Source: Blasia pusilla (taxonomy: Eukaryota). From it: a stretch of DNA of 64,000 nt. The DNA is taken from contig CM114271.1 in NCBI GenBank assembly GCA_050084515.1, positions 40,734,001 to 40,798,000 on the forward strand, written 5' to 3'. The notes below the pieces were generated by a model, which searched no databases, was not told the DNA's origin, and saw nothing but the letters and a program-made list of their open reading frames with translations. Each line of letters starts with the position of its first letter. The stretch's first letter is position 1. The position numbers and the translations under genes were made by a program. Positions 12,609 through 25,760 of this stretch are shown here, piece after piece.

Positions 12609-15600
12609 TCCTTGGTAGTAGTAAGCCGCTACAAGATCTGGTGACTCAAGTCTGACATGAGATGCTTGAGCTCTCAATATCAATTGGTCAACGTTAATCT
12701 TCTAGGGAGTTGTTGGTGGTGGGGGGCATAGATTGTAGAACCAGATTTTGATCTTAGCAACAAGCATACAAATATCCACCCATCTCATCCTCAAAGGATG
12801 TGCATGCATGTATTTCTTGAAGATGAAGCCCCATTGGGATGTAATACTTGCCCTTTGAGCGTTGAAGTACACCCTCTGTGACTTCTGCTTGAGAGCTTTG
12901 CAATCCATCAGACTCGTAAATGAGTCACAAACTTAGTAGTTTCATCTTCCCAAAGTCCGAAATAATTACAAACCTCAAAAGTCACACAAGTACAACATTG
13001 TGAGTCGTTTGGGAGTCCCCAAAGTCAAAAAAATAGAAATTTGTAAGTGTGAATATACGCAAATCATTGCAACTCCCTATGTTCATAAAAGACTCGTAAG
13101 AGGCTCTCAACGAATTCGCAAACTCAAAATGCTATCGATTAGAAATTGCCTCATATTTTATTGATCATCCCAAGATTAGGCAATAATACATTTAGTTTTT
13201 GTCCTATTGTACGTAACAAATTCATCGCCATTTTTTTATCTCACATTCCCCTATTTTAGGATGAGTTTAGAGGATAGGTGGAGGAGAAGGAAAAAGGGGG
13301 AGTTTTTGCATCTCTCCAAAGTTACAAAACAATTCGAGTCTCAAAACTCTACAAACCAAACATTGCAAGTAAGTTGCAAAAATCCAAAATAAAAGAATTT
13401 TGAATTTGAAATTTTTAACTAATTTTACCATGTATGTTAAATTTATGCAATATTTATTAATCTAAACTAGTATATGTCTACTAGGGAACTAGTAAACATA
13501 TAACTAAACTAGTAAACTAGGGAATTAAAGATAATGGATAGTTTTGAATTACCGCATCATTATTATGTAATTAAATGATTTAACCTCCTCATCTATTTTA
13601 AAACTATCTCCATCCTAGTACAACAATAATATAGATGGCAGCTCATTATAAATTGATTTGAATTAATGGTGTTAAATAAAACAAATCTCCTAAGATTGCA
13701 AGATTTTGCAATTATCACGTGGATTGCTATTGGTAACATTCTATTCACGATTTATTTTAACGAGAATATTTTAACGATGCTGGCTCAGACAGTCATAAAA
13801 TTTGGGTGGAATGGTGACTTGGGATTCGTAAAAGAGGAACTTTCGCTTGAGGGCCCTTTCTGCGTTCCAAGAACAAGGGAGTCACACTCAATTCTGTCGC
13901 GAGTAACGGATTGATATGTTGCATTAGCATTAAGAACTAAATGCGATTCACTAATGTATCGTTGACGTCCTATTTCCAGAAAAAAACCATTGACTTATTT
14001 TCTATTATTTTAGTATTTGACCTGATCATGGCCCGGTATGATGTTTAATACAGAAGCGAAATTCGGTTTTGTATAAATTAGGAGGCCATAGGGTTTTCAT
14101 TTCTTCCCAAGATAGATATTTCGATTTGATGAAATATATTAGAGTGATCCGTAGTTTTGGGAAAAAGACCCTACCTTATTATAGGAAAAACGAATGTCGG
14201 TTGCAAACTCGCTTCGCGTGATAAGAATGAGCTAATCCGTGATACTAAATACTAATACTCATCCACGTCCGACTCTTAGACAAATTTAGCTTATGCTGCC
14301 ACCGCATTAGCAAAGTACCTGTCATGGTCGCCCGCAACGAGTGTGGAGTCTGTGGACACCTGCACGGTCATCTTACGCGGGTGGCCAAGGCCCCAGCGGT
14401 AGCGGAGATCGGTGACTGGTCCACGCAAACCGACCGGACCACAACTCAGCTCGCCGGTTATCGGGAACGGGTATTCCCGTGAAGCTGGCTAATCTTCATC
14501 GTTGCCGACATACATCGGGAAGTTTAGAAGAAAACCGAAGAGAAATGAAAGCCGTCCGCTCGGAGTTTTAGAAAATCTCCGCCCGTTTTATGACAATATG
14601 ACAATCGCCGTTGCCTGAACGGACTCCGGTAAAGAGAGTTACCGGAGCGCTGATCTTGCCCGTCTCTCTTCGGAGTCCCTCCACCGGTTTAGGTCAGGAG
14701 ACCGTGTCTCTCCGCCCGCTCAATTCTCCAGCTCTCCTTCCGGCCTGCCCAGCTCGGCTCCAGTTTATTCAAAAAGAATATACACTTTAATAGAAACTGG
14801 GATGGAAAATCCATCGGATACAAAGGAGGGGGGCATAGAGAGCCAAAAACCCCGCGGGCCCCGAAGAGACAGAAGGGGCCTCCCCCCTCCACTTTATTCC
14901 GTTATCATTGCGCTCTGTTACTAGGTCTGCCGCTCACGCAACGTCAGCACGCGGGGTGACTTGACGGAAAGGCACAGGTGAAGGTTGGTCGGGAAAATGC
15001 TTAAGTGAACAGAAAAGAATAGAAACCAGTGTCCGGAGAGAAAGTAACTAACAAACGTGTGGAGGACACGTGGATAGGAAAAAAAAGGGCGTGTCTCTAG
15101 TAGCCGTAAACCGTAAAGAAAAGAAATGCGCGCGCGGGCCCTCTATCGATTCAACTCGGTCGCGTCCCTTCCGCAAATCCAAATCTTTAAATTTTCCTGT
15201 GAGCCCCCCTTCTGAATAGTCAAGAACACTAGAACCCCCGGACCGGCCACTCACAGTGTCCCACTGTTTTCTGCTCCGAGAGATCCCTGTTCGTCGTGCC
15301 GCTAGATAGCCGGTTTGGGCTTCACTAGGTAATTTGGGGTTCTTTTGAATGGACGACTAAATGCCGCTATTAGGAGGAGGGGGGTGAGTGAGTCCAAACT
15401 TCGACCGTCGATTGTTCCATCCATCTCCGCGAAGCGACCGTCGTTTGGCAGTCACCGGGTCGTCTCCTTTCGCGCTTGCGGTCGGTTCGGCGCGATCGCT
15501 CACGGAAGGAGCTTTTCACTCACCAACGGACTCCTACTAGGAGCAAACTCTGCCATCCTGTAAGATCGCATCCGCGAGCCTCACGCAGACGGAGAGATCT

Positions 15601-18309
15601 CCCTTTCCAAAGGAAATCCTTCCAATCACGATCATGTGAGTCGCCTTTCGGCAACACATTGCGATAATGTGTGGATGCGATCTAAGAATCTAAAGAGCTG
15701 CTCACGGTAAAATCGTGGGGGATTTCCTAAGGAGAAAATGACAAGGTTTATCCAATCTCACAAATGTTATTGTCTAGAATCAGATACAATATTTAGTCCT
15801 TTTCTTTGTGTGAATGTGAAAGTGGGCACCGTCCTTCTCTCGACTATTCTACGAAACCGGAGGCGTAGAGTGAAGGGAAGAATCACAAACTCAGAGCGTA
15901 AAACAACGCATTATTACACATACTAGTGGGCAGCCCCCGGAAATTGTTTTCTTGTTGCCCACGGAGGGGAAACTCTTTGGTTGCCACATGTCAAAGAATG
16001 GTTTACGAATCAAGAAAACACTATCAGGAAAATGTGAAAAAAATGTCAGGAAAAAATTATTTCGCAAAGGTTTCTTTCCAAATATTACGGAATTAGTATT
16101 GCAATGGGAGATTAAATTTTAAAAAAACAACACCTCCATAAAAATGACCTACACATATCCTCATTCAATGATGGAATATCTAGTAAGGTACATGCTACGT
16201 GGCCGTGACCTAGATTGGGTTCACCACGCAAATCGATCTAAACCAGATCTGGTTGGGATGCGAAGGCGGAATCCTAACAGCTGAATCCCAACACATAATG
16301 TTCCATAACGACCACGTCAAAGGTAACCCCATGGACACACGAAACTATCTGAATGGGGTTACAAGCTAGAACCAGATACGTTTGTGAGACTCTTGAAACT
16401 CTCCATCCACTCGTCTAAATAGTCCCCCTTCCACCCAATTCATGCCAGCTCCATAGCTATGCAAATTCACTTCGCATTAAGGGATCCGGCCACCATTGTT
16501 ATGGTGATCATGAGCTCAATCAATCGATGCACCTTACGAAAAGGTTTTCCGTTGTCGACACTCCAATCGTGTATTTCTGGTTGCATCCTTTTCTTTTATT
16601 AGATTTCTTCGTCACTCTGGATATTAGATTCTTCGTGTCCCCCCGCCCTACACCAACCTATATTAATTAAGGGGACAACTCTTTATATTATTGCCTCATA
16701 GACCGTGTGTACTCACGGGTGTCACCGTGTGACACAAGAGAATGGAACAGTATAAACTAGGGTCTAAAGAATTTAATCAGAATGGGGTGGGAGACTAAAG
16801 AATAAAAAATGGGGACCTCCACTTCCACGAGTTTCCTCTTGACACCAACGATTCGCTCACAATGAGTTGTGACAATGCTCTCCTTCCTAAAAGTGTCTCT
16901 ATACGACATTATTATATACGACCATATTATGAGGAATGGCCACCAGATATACATATGTAAGGGATTGCGTCTTTGTCATTCTCTTACTCCGACCATGCGT
17001 GTCAATACTATTCTTATGTTTCCGTATAAGTGGGGCTGGAATATTGGAGGCGGAGGCGCACTCCGAGATTCATAAGGATAATATAAGTTAGTGGATGCAT
17101 CATTATTTTAGACATGTATTGGCGATGGATGCACCATTTTCCTAGATTCATGCGTAAGAAAAAGCGTGAATGTATAGTTTAAGCAATCTCTACAAAATTA
17201 TTAATACTAGATTCTATTTTTAAGTCTGGTCTAATCTAAGTTAATGACAATGAGCATAAGAAAAGCGAAAAAAATATAGAAAGGAGTGGGGACCGACTAG
17301 GGTACTTGGATTTAAAATTTAATCCAAACCTAATCATTTTAGAAAGCTTGGCAACCCACTATTCTCATCTCGACTCAAAAACGAACATTCCTGAGAGAAA
17401 AATACGAAGACATGGGTATCGTCATTGGGTGGTACTATCACAAGGACCAAGGAAGGCTAGAAGAAAACACGCTCCACTTTACGTTTATTAACGGCATTAA
17501 TAGATACTAATAATTTATTCTTGCTTGATCATTGGAAATAAAAAGACTCATATGGATGATGATAGCTGTAAATTGAAGGTCTAAATATTTTTTTAAATAA
17601 AATTAACCATTGTGCAGCCACTAAAACGGATGGAGAAAAGAACAACTAAATTTTTTTCCCTATAAATAGTCTAGATGGAAAAAAAATATTTTAGAGACCC
17701 TAATAATAAAAATATGAATTTCTAATGATGTATCAAATTCAGTTATATTTAATTTTTTTAAAATATTTAAATTAAATTTAAAAATCAAAATTTAAAAAAA
17801 TCATTCATTTTGATCAATTTTAATCTCAAATAGAGATTACTTTTTTCTCCCCATCAAGCTTCAAAATTAAAAATAGGGTAGAAATATAATTTATTTCATT
17901 ATTTTGAAAAATAATCATTATCCCAATATTTTTTATTATCCTCTCTTATTTTTTTCCCAAAATGAAATTTAATTTTCCCTTCACACTAAACTTGAAAATT
18001 AAATTTTGAACCAAATTTATGGGCTGAATCTTTTTAAGAAATTGATTTTCAAAAGAGCAAACATAATAAACATAACGGAGACTTTCGAAGATTTCCTTGG
18101 GAATTTTTTGGAATTGTATCATTCATGAATTATTATTCTTCAAGGTTGCATGTAAGGAAAATCAATGTCCATGTTCATGAACTTATGTCCATCCTATGAA
18201 AAATATAATTTTAAGAGACCTCAATAAAACGTAGGTCATGAAAAATCCGTCTTATGGAAAGGACTCGTCCATGTCGGTCTCACATCCCTCTTCTTGCTCA
18301 TCTTTCTTC

Positions 18310-18953
18310 TATATTTACAAAAGATGGATTAAATTGTCTAAAGGATGAACATGGACGGACAACTGTGGACATGTCGAAGGACATGGATTGCAAGAGGTGC
18401 AAGGTTGCATGTGGAATAACTTGCAAGTGTCCATCTTATGTCCGTCTTATGGAAAGAATTCTCCGTATGGGCCCCACCTTTCTCTTCTTTCTCATTCCCC
18501 TTACTTGCCTTCATGTTCCATACTCCCCCTTTTTTCCTCCCTCCTCCCTCATTGCTCCTCTCATCCTTGCATTGCCTTCCATCATGGACTAAAAGTGTGG
18601 GTCCCACCTCTTGTAACCAATGTCCGTGGATATTTCCAGACTTTCCCGTCCATGTCCATCCTAAGGAAGGACTTGTCCGTTTTTGTGCAACCATGAAGAG
18701 GTGGGTCCCACACTTATAGCTCGTAGTAGAAGGCAATGTAGGGGTGAGTAGAGCAATAAGGAGGGAAAGAAGTGGAAGTGGAATAAGGAAGAAATAAGAA
18801 TGTGCGGAACATGTAGGCAAGTAAGGGGGGTCTTGGGAGGATAAGAAGAAGGGGAACGTGGGGCCTATATGGATAAGTCCTTTCATAGAACGGATGTAAG
18901 TCTATCGACATTGACATGTTCACGAACACACACTTTGTTCATATGCAAAGTTG
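18310..18953 (-). mobile_element. hAT-type MITE, middle copy in inverted orientation
   Basis: Contains reverse-complement family motifs (GGTCCCACACTTATAG; AGGCAAGTAAGGG; GTGGGGCC). Termini are degenerate. Flanks CTTTCTTC / CTTGCCTC match 6/8. Confidence 0.65.
18400..18695 (+). mobile_element. hAT-type MITE, innermost copy (296 bp)
   Basis: CAAGGTTGCA...TGCAACCATG termini. Perfect TSD AAGAGGTG (18392-18399 and 18696-18703). Co-linear with the copy at 50251-50562. Confidence 0.9.
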
Positions 18954-20449
18954 CTTGCCTCCATGATCCGCACTTTCTCATTTCTTCCTCTGCCTATCTC
19001 CACTCCCTCCCTTCTTATTGCATGGTCTGCCCTTTCCTTGGCTTCCACCATGAGCTATAAGTGTGAGCTCTACCTCTTGTAATCCAAGTGGACATGTCCA
19101 AACTTGTGTGTTCATGGGATGGACTTGTCGATTTTGTACAACCATATTATTCTTGGATTTAAAAATAAAAACATGAATAATATATAATTATTAAAACCTT
19201 TCCCTCATTCTCCTTTTCTTCTTATTGTAGGCTCATTTTAATTTTATTTAAAAGCTCCATCAACTAGCTCTATAAACAATTGTCCTAGATGATACTCTTT
19301 CATTGGTCTTCCAAATGAGCTACATCCTCAACATTAAGATTATATGCAATTATAATTAGAGAAGGAAAAAAAACTCTTGTTTATCATTTGACCTTGTAAT
19401 ATAGAAAGAAAGGGATATTCTGCACTATGCAAATCTCAAAATTTTCCATCATTTATTATTTTCTCGTTGCTATGAAGAAGAGAAATGTGGGGCTTTTAAA
19501 GAAAAAGATACATAATTTGATATGCAAGATTTTTTTCGTTATTCCAGAATTTTGAAAGTTATTTACCAATATAAAAAGATAGAAGATTCCTTTCAAAACT
19601 GGTTCAGAACTTCTGCATCATTTATTTAAAAATATAGGGTTAGTACCTTAGCAAGGTCCGAAAGTAGTAAAAAAAAGCTGCGATAAGAAAATGAATAAAA
19701 CCAAAAATTTTGAGTTATGTTCGGAAGCCAGGTACACTGAATTAACGACGACGGGCTACGGTGGGGTGGAGCCGTGGAGGCTTCCCACTTGGCAGAGTCC
19801 GTTTGGGAAGGCCATCGACGGGGTCGCCAACTCACCCGGTTATGAGCACGGGGAGGCGTGTCGCGCCGTCGGCGATTGCAGCCGTCCGGCAGAGCAATTT
19901 GCTCGTGAGAGCTGTGACAGAAGACAAAACAGGCGTCAGGAAAACCGGTTACGTGCAAGGGTCTAGGGGTGTCTAGGTCTAGTCTAGTGTGATCATCATT
20001 GGCTCGCTCGCCCGTCCGTCCTGTCCTGGGCCGGGCCTCAAGGGTGTGAGACTGTGCGTACCCAGCCCGTGAAGAACTGCTGAAGGTGTATGCATTTGTT
20101 TCTACTAGTCATGTGTGAACATCAGCGGTGAGCGAGGGAGCCGCTCAGCTGACGGGAGGACACGCTACGTGTCGGGGTCACAAAACGCAGTGCAATAAGG
20201 GTGTCAAAGTGGGTCTTACGGACTCCCGTGTGCCCGTTCCCGTGTCCCGTGTCCCGTCGTAATATAAAAAGTGGACATAGTTGATGACCCTTGGGTATGA
20301 ATTTTCGATTGGTAGTTTTCATTACGTGAGCAAATAATACTTTCCTCGTAAAGTATACGATTTGACTTTAAAAAAATTCACACTATTATGGGGTCTCACA
20401 ACCCCTCGTAGAGACGTGATGTTGTTATCCTACTCATGTTCGTGTGGAA

Positions 20450-20890
20450 CTGAAGCCCTTTGAAGGGGGGGCATATTCACTTGAGTTCGACCTCCCTTTG
20501 AGCAAGTACTAATTCTCCTGCATTCTACCTGCATTCGGTCGAATGCTCATTCACTTCTGGTTAATAACTTCCCTTTAAACCAGTACTTATCCACCTATAC
20601 TCGACCTGCATTTGATGGAGTGCTTATTCGCGTTTATATTGAACCTCCCTTTGTGCGAGAGCATATTCACTAATATCCAACCCGTCTTTGGAGGATTGCG
20701 TGTTGAATAATTATACTCAACTTCCATCTGAATTGGTGGCTCATTCGGGTGTTACATTCAACCTCCCTTTCAGCTTCAGGATATTCGATTCCATTCGACC
20801 CCCTTTCAAGGAGTGCTTATTCACCAATTATATTCAGCCTCCCTTTGGAGGAATTATTTTTCTCTCAATATTCTAACCCCGTTGAGACAG
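20450..20890. repeat. Degenerate ~40-bp minisatellite
   Basis: Recurring TATTC(A/G)ACCTCCCTTTG..GAGTGCTTATTCAC-like units at about 40-bp spacing, roughly 10 copies by eye. Confidence 0.6.
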
Positions 20891-23800
20891 ACTGCGTGCC
20901 CTCTCATTTCTTCGAAATTTCTCTCCAAAGATTGTCAAACTTGCCATAATAAGATGAACACTATATTTATCCTCTATGCCTTGGGGTTTTGGGCTCCATC
21001 GATCCCAAGGCTACTTGTCAACGATTTCTTTCTTTCATTTCAGTTAGGAAGGGACATCGGGACAAAATCCAAATTTTGATGGGGAGAGTGATTTTATCCA
21101 CCCTAGATTTGCAGCAACCGTTACGTATGGAATGGTGCCTTCATTGCTCGAAACGAACAACGAATTTTAACATCCATTTGCAACCACCCAAGTGCATTAT
21201 CTGTTCGCTTTCCAGGAGTAAATACCGCAAAACAATCACTGGGAAGAGACCATCGGACTACAATTAGGCTGGAAGATGAACGAAAGAGCCGCGAAGAGGC
21301 AAGATGATTAAACGAATGGAAGAAAAAATTCCTGGGAATAGATTTTGGACACACAACGCTAACCACCGCGAAGGTGGGAAAAGTATAGATGTGATATATA
21401 TATATATATGAAATTTGACGGAGGTCCATTTGTAGCACGGCCATATTCCCATGTCGTAAAATCCATCTACACTATGACCATTCTAGAACCATAAATGTGG
21501 GTAAAATAGTTTTCCATTCTAGAACCATAAGACGGGATGCCATTGATCCGACATCGGGTGTATTTATTCATTTGGAAATTTTGCTCGGAGGTAAAAGAAG
21601 GGTCGTTCGAGAAACACTAAAAGTGAGTAGGAAAAAAATTTCTCTAAATAAAATCCACTTTATTATTAAACGCAAGAGCTCGTAGGGATCTATGAGGCAA
21701 TTTTGTGGCTCTTCGGGCCACTAAAAATAACTCAAGAAACTATCCGAGAAAATCGGTAGTTCAAATAATATTTTGGTGTCATTTGAGTCGAACGAGGATG
21801 CGGATATATTTGAGATTATTTAATTTCGAAAATTTTGAAACATTCCGGATTAAATAATAACTCTTTATATAATTAAAAGAGGATGACACGTATATATTTT
21901 GGTTTTCTCTCGTTAACAGATTAAATTACCATAACATAATTTAACGATGGAGACGGCTTTCTCACGGACGATTTTTCATCCAGCTACGCACCGGCGTTAT
22001 ACTGGTACTTTTAATTAATGTTATCCCAGTTAGAGGAACTAACAAACCCCGTGGACCCTATCAAACAGTTACCGGGTAAACACAGCGCAAGGCTACTAGA
22101 CTGGTTGGTAATAGCGTATAAGGAGAAGAGAGCCGTAAAGTCGAGGACTGGGAGATGCATGCACATACGCACTTTGCCTTTTAGGGTAAGTCAAGCCAGC
22201 TCAACCACACCACCACTCTCGACTCGGTATTTAGCGCGTCTACATTGTCGTGTCGTTGGACGTTTCTCAGTCAACTTAAAGGTTTTAATTTTCTTGCTTT
22301 GAAAAGAATGACGGACAGTTGGAATAACCGATCGTGCTTCGTACCCCTCCGTTTCCCTTCCATTGTCGGCCATCTTTTGTCCCGGATGGGTCACTTTCTC
22401 CGTCGGGGGATCGTTGTTTTCCACTTCGTTTTTTTCCCTATGTCATCCCATTGGGCCTCTGGGACTTCTAACCATCCCTGGCACGATCCCTCCCAGTTCT
22501 CCTGAGCCTTTCTTTTCGTCAGTTTATTCGGTATTTCATTCCCTAATTCTTATTTGGATTTCTTTTTGTCTTCTCTGTCGTTATTTGGTCTAATAATTGC
22601 ATTCCGTTTTCTGCTCATATTTTAGTTCTTACTTTCTTTTGAATGGCTGTTCCATTTTTTCAGAGTTGACTTCAAATCATGTGTTGATATCAAAACAACA
22701 CAATAGAAAATTAAAGAAAGGACCCAAAGCGGAGAGAATCTAGACGCAAGTAAGAGATTACAATTTCATTTCCTCCTTAGATGAGGAGACGAGACACATG
22801 TCGCTCTCGGGAAAGAGTGTGTGTCTATGTATATGTGACGTGTTTATGTATCCATATACAAGGACATGGCTGGTGCGTGACCCACGTGTAGAAACTGAAA
22901 AAACATGGAGATAATGAAACGCTCACATGCAAAGACACATCGTTGCATCGTCGACATTGTGCTCTTCAAAAGTGAGCTGAATTGGCTTTTCTGGCGTTCA
23001 CATGTAGGGGCGTCAATTGGGTCATAAGAATGATCTCTCTCGAAATTAGCACAGCGGTTGGAAGGTAAGAGGGTGATGTTTAAGGCCCGCACAAACGATG
23101 GAAGCGGTAGGCTTAGCGAAAGACAAGGAGAAAAGGGAAAAGTGCGCGTAATCAAAGTGGTGCACTAATCGCGCTTTCTCTCTCTTTCGGAACGCCTCAT
23201 CATGGTGGACTTCTCGATGCAAGATCCTTCCCGGTGACATTCTCGATGCGAGATCTCTTGCCTACACACACTCTAGGACGGCAAAAACATCCATGAAAAG
23301 AAACAAAAGGGGGGCCCTCGAACTCTTGAAAGAAAAACGAAAAATCCGTGTGACCAAACGATAACACCATTTTAAAACCACTACAACTAAGTCGTATGCA
23401 TCTCGTGTTTTGGAAAAGCGCCTTTCCAAAACACAAAGTTCGTCGAATAGATTCCATGGAATCCAATTTGAAAGAATAATTTTATAAATAATGGTTTCAT
23501 TTTGAATCTAGTGGATTCTTGTATCTCCTTTCTCTCCGATCATATGAGCATTACATTTTCTCTTTCTCTCGAGTACACTATGCTATGCTCAACGAATAGA
23601 TGTGAGCGAGCATGATTTGTCCGCTCTCATGTTTGATCCTTAGTCATATCTACGTCCCTTAAGGAGCCCATGTTGAGTGCAAGTGTGCTTGGAAGAGTTT
23701 AGGTCTCGCCGTCTCTTGTAAACCACTTCTTATGAATGACCTCCTACCCATCCTTGTCCAACACCAAATGCACTAAATGGGGTTCGAGGAACGCGTAGAT

Positions 23801-24214
23801 GAACAAGGATGTAAGAAGTGGACGAGGAGGAGAGTATACTAGAAGAGACGAAAACTTGTCGAATATACATGTGGTCTAGGTGGATTGATGAGTCGACGCC
23901 ATTTTGTCGAGAAGATAGTTCAGTTATGTAGTGAGACACGCCACATAACTTTTGGGCACTTACATGTGTTCATCATTCCCTCTTCTCGTTTTCTTCTGAG
24001 GAATTTATAGCATTCGGGTTAAACTTATTGATAGGCTGGTTCATTTTCCTTTGCAGGTTTCCGATTATTTTTTCCTCTTTTCGGATTTCTTTCTATAATA
24101 AAATGGAGGGGAAAAAAACTCATAAAGTTTTCCAAGATGCCAAAGGTTGAACCCTATTACGGCTTCTCTTGGGAATCTCACGAGAATTATTCGTTCGCTC
24201 GAAAGGAAGCGGTC

Positions 24215-24267
24215 CAGGTTACCTCACCCGAGTTTACCTTACAGGTAAACTCGGGTGAGGTGACCTG
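24215..24267. repeat. Near-perfect palindrome, 25-bp arms, 3-nt loop
   Basis: CAGGTTACCTCACCCGAGTTTACCT-TAC-AGGTAAACTCGGGTGAGGTGACCTG, one mismatch (G:U-compatible on the + strand). Confidence 0.9.
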
Positions 24268-25760
24268 AGGTCAGTTGAACCTGGGCGACGAGGGTTGGGA
24301 GGCGGCCAACGCTAAGCGCGTAAGAGTTCATAAGGGATAACAAATACAGGGCAGAAATTGATTAATTCCCTAGATCGTGGCCATGACTTGATGCTCTTAT
24401 TGTGCGTCTCATAGCGACGAAGCTGCAGTAAAAAAGCTCTCACATTGATTTTGATCCTCTACCAATCCGACGCGTGTACTTTTTCAATAACTCGAACATC
24501 TATCCAACTAATGAATAGAATAATTACCCATAATTTTTCCATCCGAGAACGGACTTCAAACGCATGCTGCCGATGGCCGGGTTTACTTTTGAAGTTCACG
24601 CCGTTACCGGGGAAATTCACCCCCACTATGGACGGCCAGGATGCGATTTCGGCGTATCTATGGTCGCCCGCTGCGTAGCGGTGCTTCTCCGGTTTCGAGG
24701 CCGTCTTCGGAGGTGAGTACGACCCTATGGGACCTTAAAAGACCCCTTCCTAGACTCCACACTCATCTCATCGCTTTAGACTCGACTCCGCTTCGACTTT
24801 CTTTCTCTCTTCCGCTTCCGCTCTCAACTCCTCTGATTCTCCACTCAATTTTCACTTCCACTCTTCCTGCACCTTCCTTCACGAGGTGCTTCTTCCTCCG
24901 AGCCTTCAGTGTACTTCAGTTTAGCTCAGTTCAGTTCAGCCCAGCCCAGTCTCGAGTCGAGTGAGACGGAGCCGCTTGAGAGACGGAGCTCGTACCTCTC
25001 TCGTCTCGTTCGGGTCCACGATTCAGTGAATGAGCGAACGAGGGATCGAATTGAGTAAGAAACGGAAGTCGTGTATACCCAGAGTGTTTCCTAGAGAGCT
25101 ACCCGGTGAGGATTCTGGTCACAAGACGTTCGTTCTCGAAGAGGGTACGAGTTCGTATTGACAATTGGCCCTCTTGGTCGAGAGATAGGGGAGAGTTTTA
25201 GAAGAAACCATATCTAGACATATATCTGAGCGGCTGCTCCTTCTGATATAGGGTATAATTAGGTGTATCACATGCCTCAAGCAAACTGTTCATCTAGTTC
25301 CTTTAATTTGTGAACGAGCCTCCTCAAGAGTCGAGTGTTCCGTACTAAGATTTGTTTAAAAGCATTTGCTTACCACCTTTCCAAATCCCGGAGTCCACGG
25401 TAATTGAAGTCGAGCATCGTGTTAGAGTTTGACCTTCCTCTGTTTCTTAGAACTGGAAATGCAGGGATTGAGCCCGGAAACTGCCAATTCTGTATTCCAG
25501 TAATTTACTCACCCAAGACATTGGCTCAAATGCAGAGCGGTTGTTAATCCGACCTTGTGCATTGACTACCGCAGCCATCTGATCCAATAAACTTCAGTGA
25601 GTGTGTAGTTTATTAGTCCAAACGAGTTTACGAGCTCGAGAAATCTTTGACGAGCTCAGTATTCCACTTTCATTTGTTCCTGAACAGAGATACTACACCC
25701 TCAGATTCAAGAGAGCCGACAGCTTCAGCCTTTAGGTTCATCCTCCAGTTTCAAGTCATC

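Larger units (their letters stand above)
18141..19146 (+). mobile_element. hAT-type MITE, outermost copy of a nest
   Basis: Starts CAAGGTTGCA, ends TGTACAACCATA. Perfect 8-bp TSD TTATTCTT (18133-18140 and 19147-19154). Confidence 0.85.

Noticed and set aside
18254-18929. Overlapping ORFs up to 182 aa, similar to ORFs at 50184-50546
   Set aside because: Chance frames in copies of the same non-coding MITE.
25647-25760. N-terminal extension of the bHLH ORF from TTG 25647
   Set aside because: Non-ATG start in a eukaryote. It looks like leader or intron sequence with a possible acceptor near 25688. ATG 25761 is preferred.
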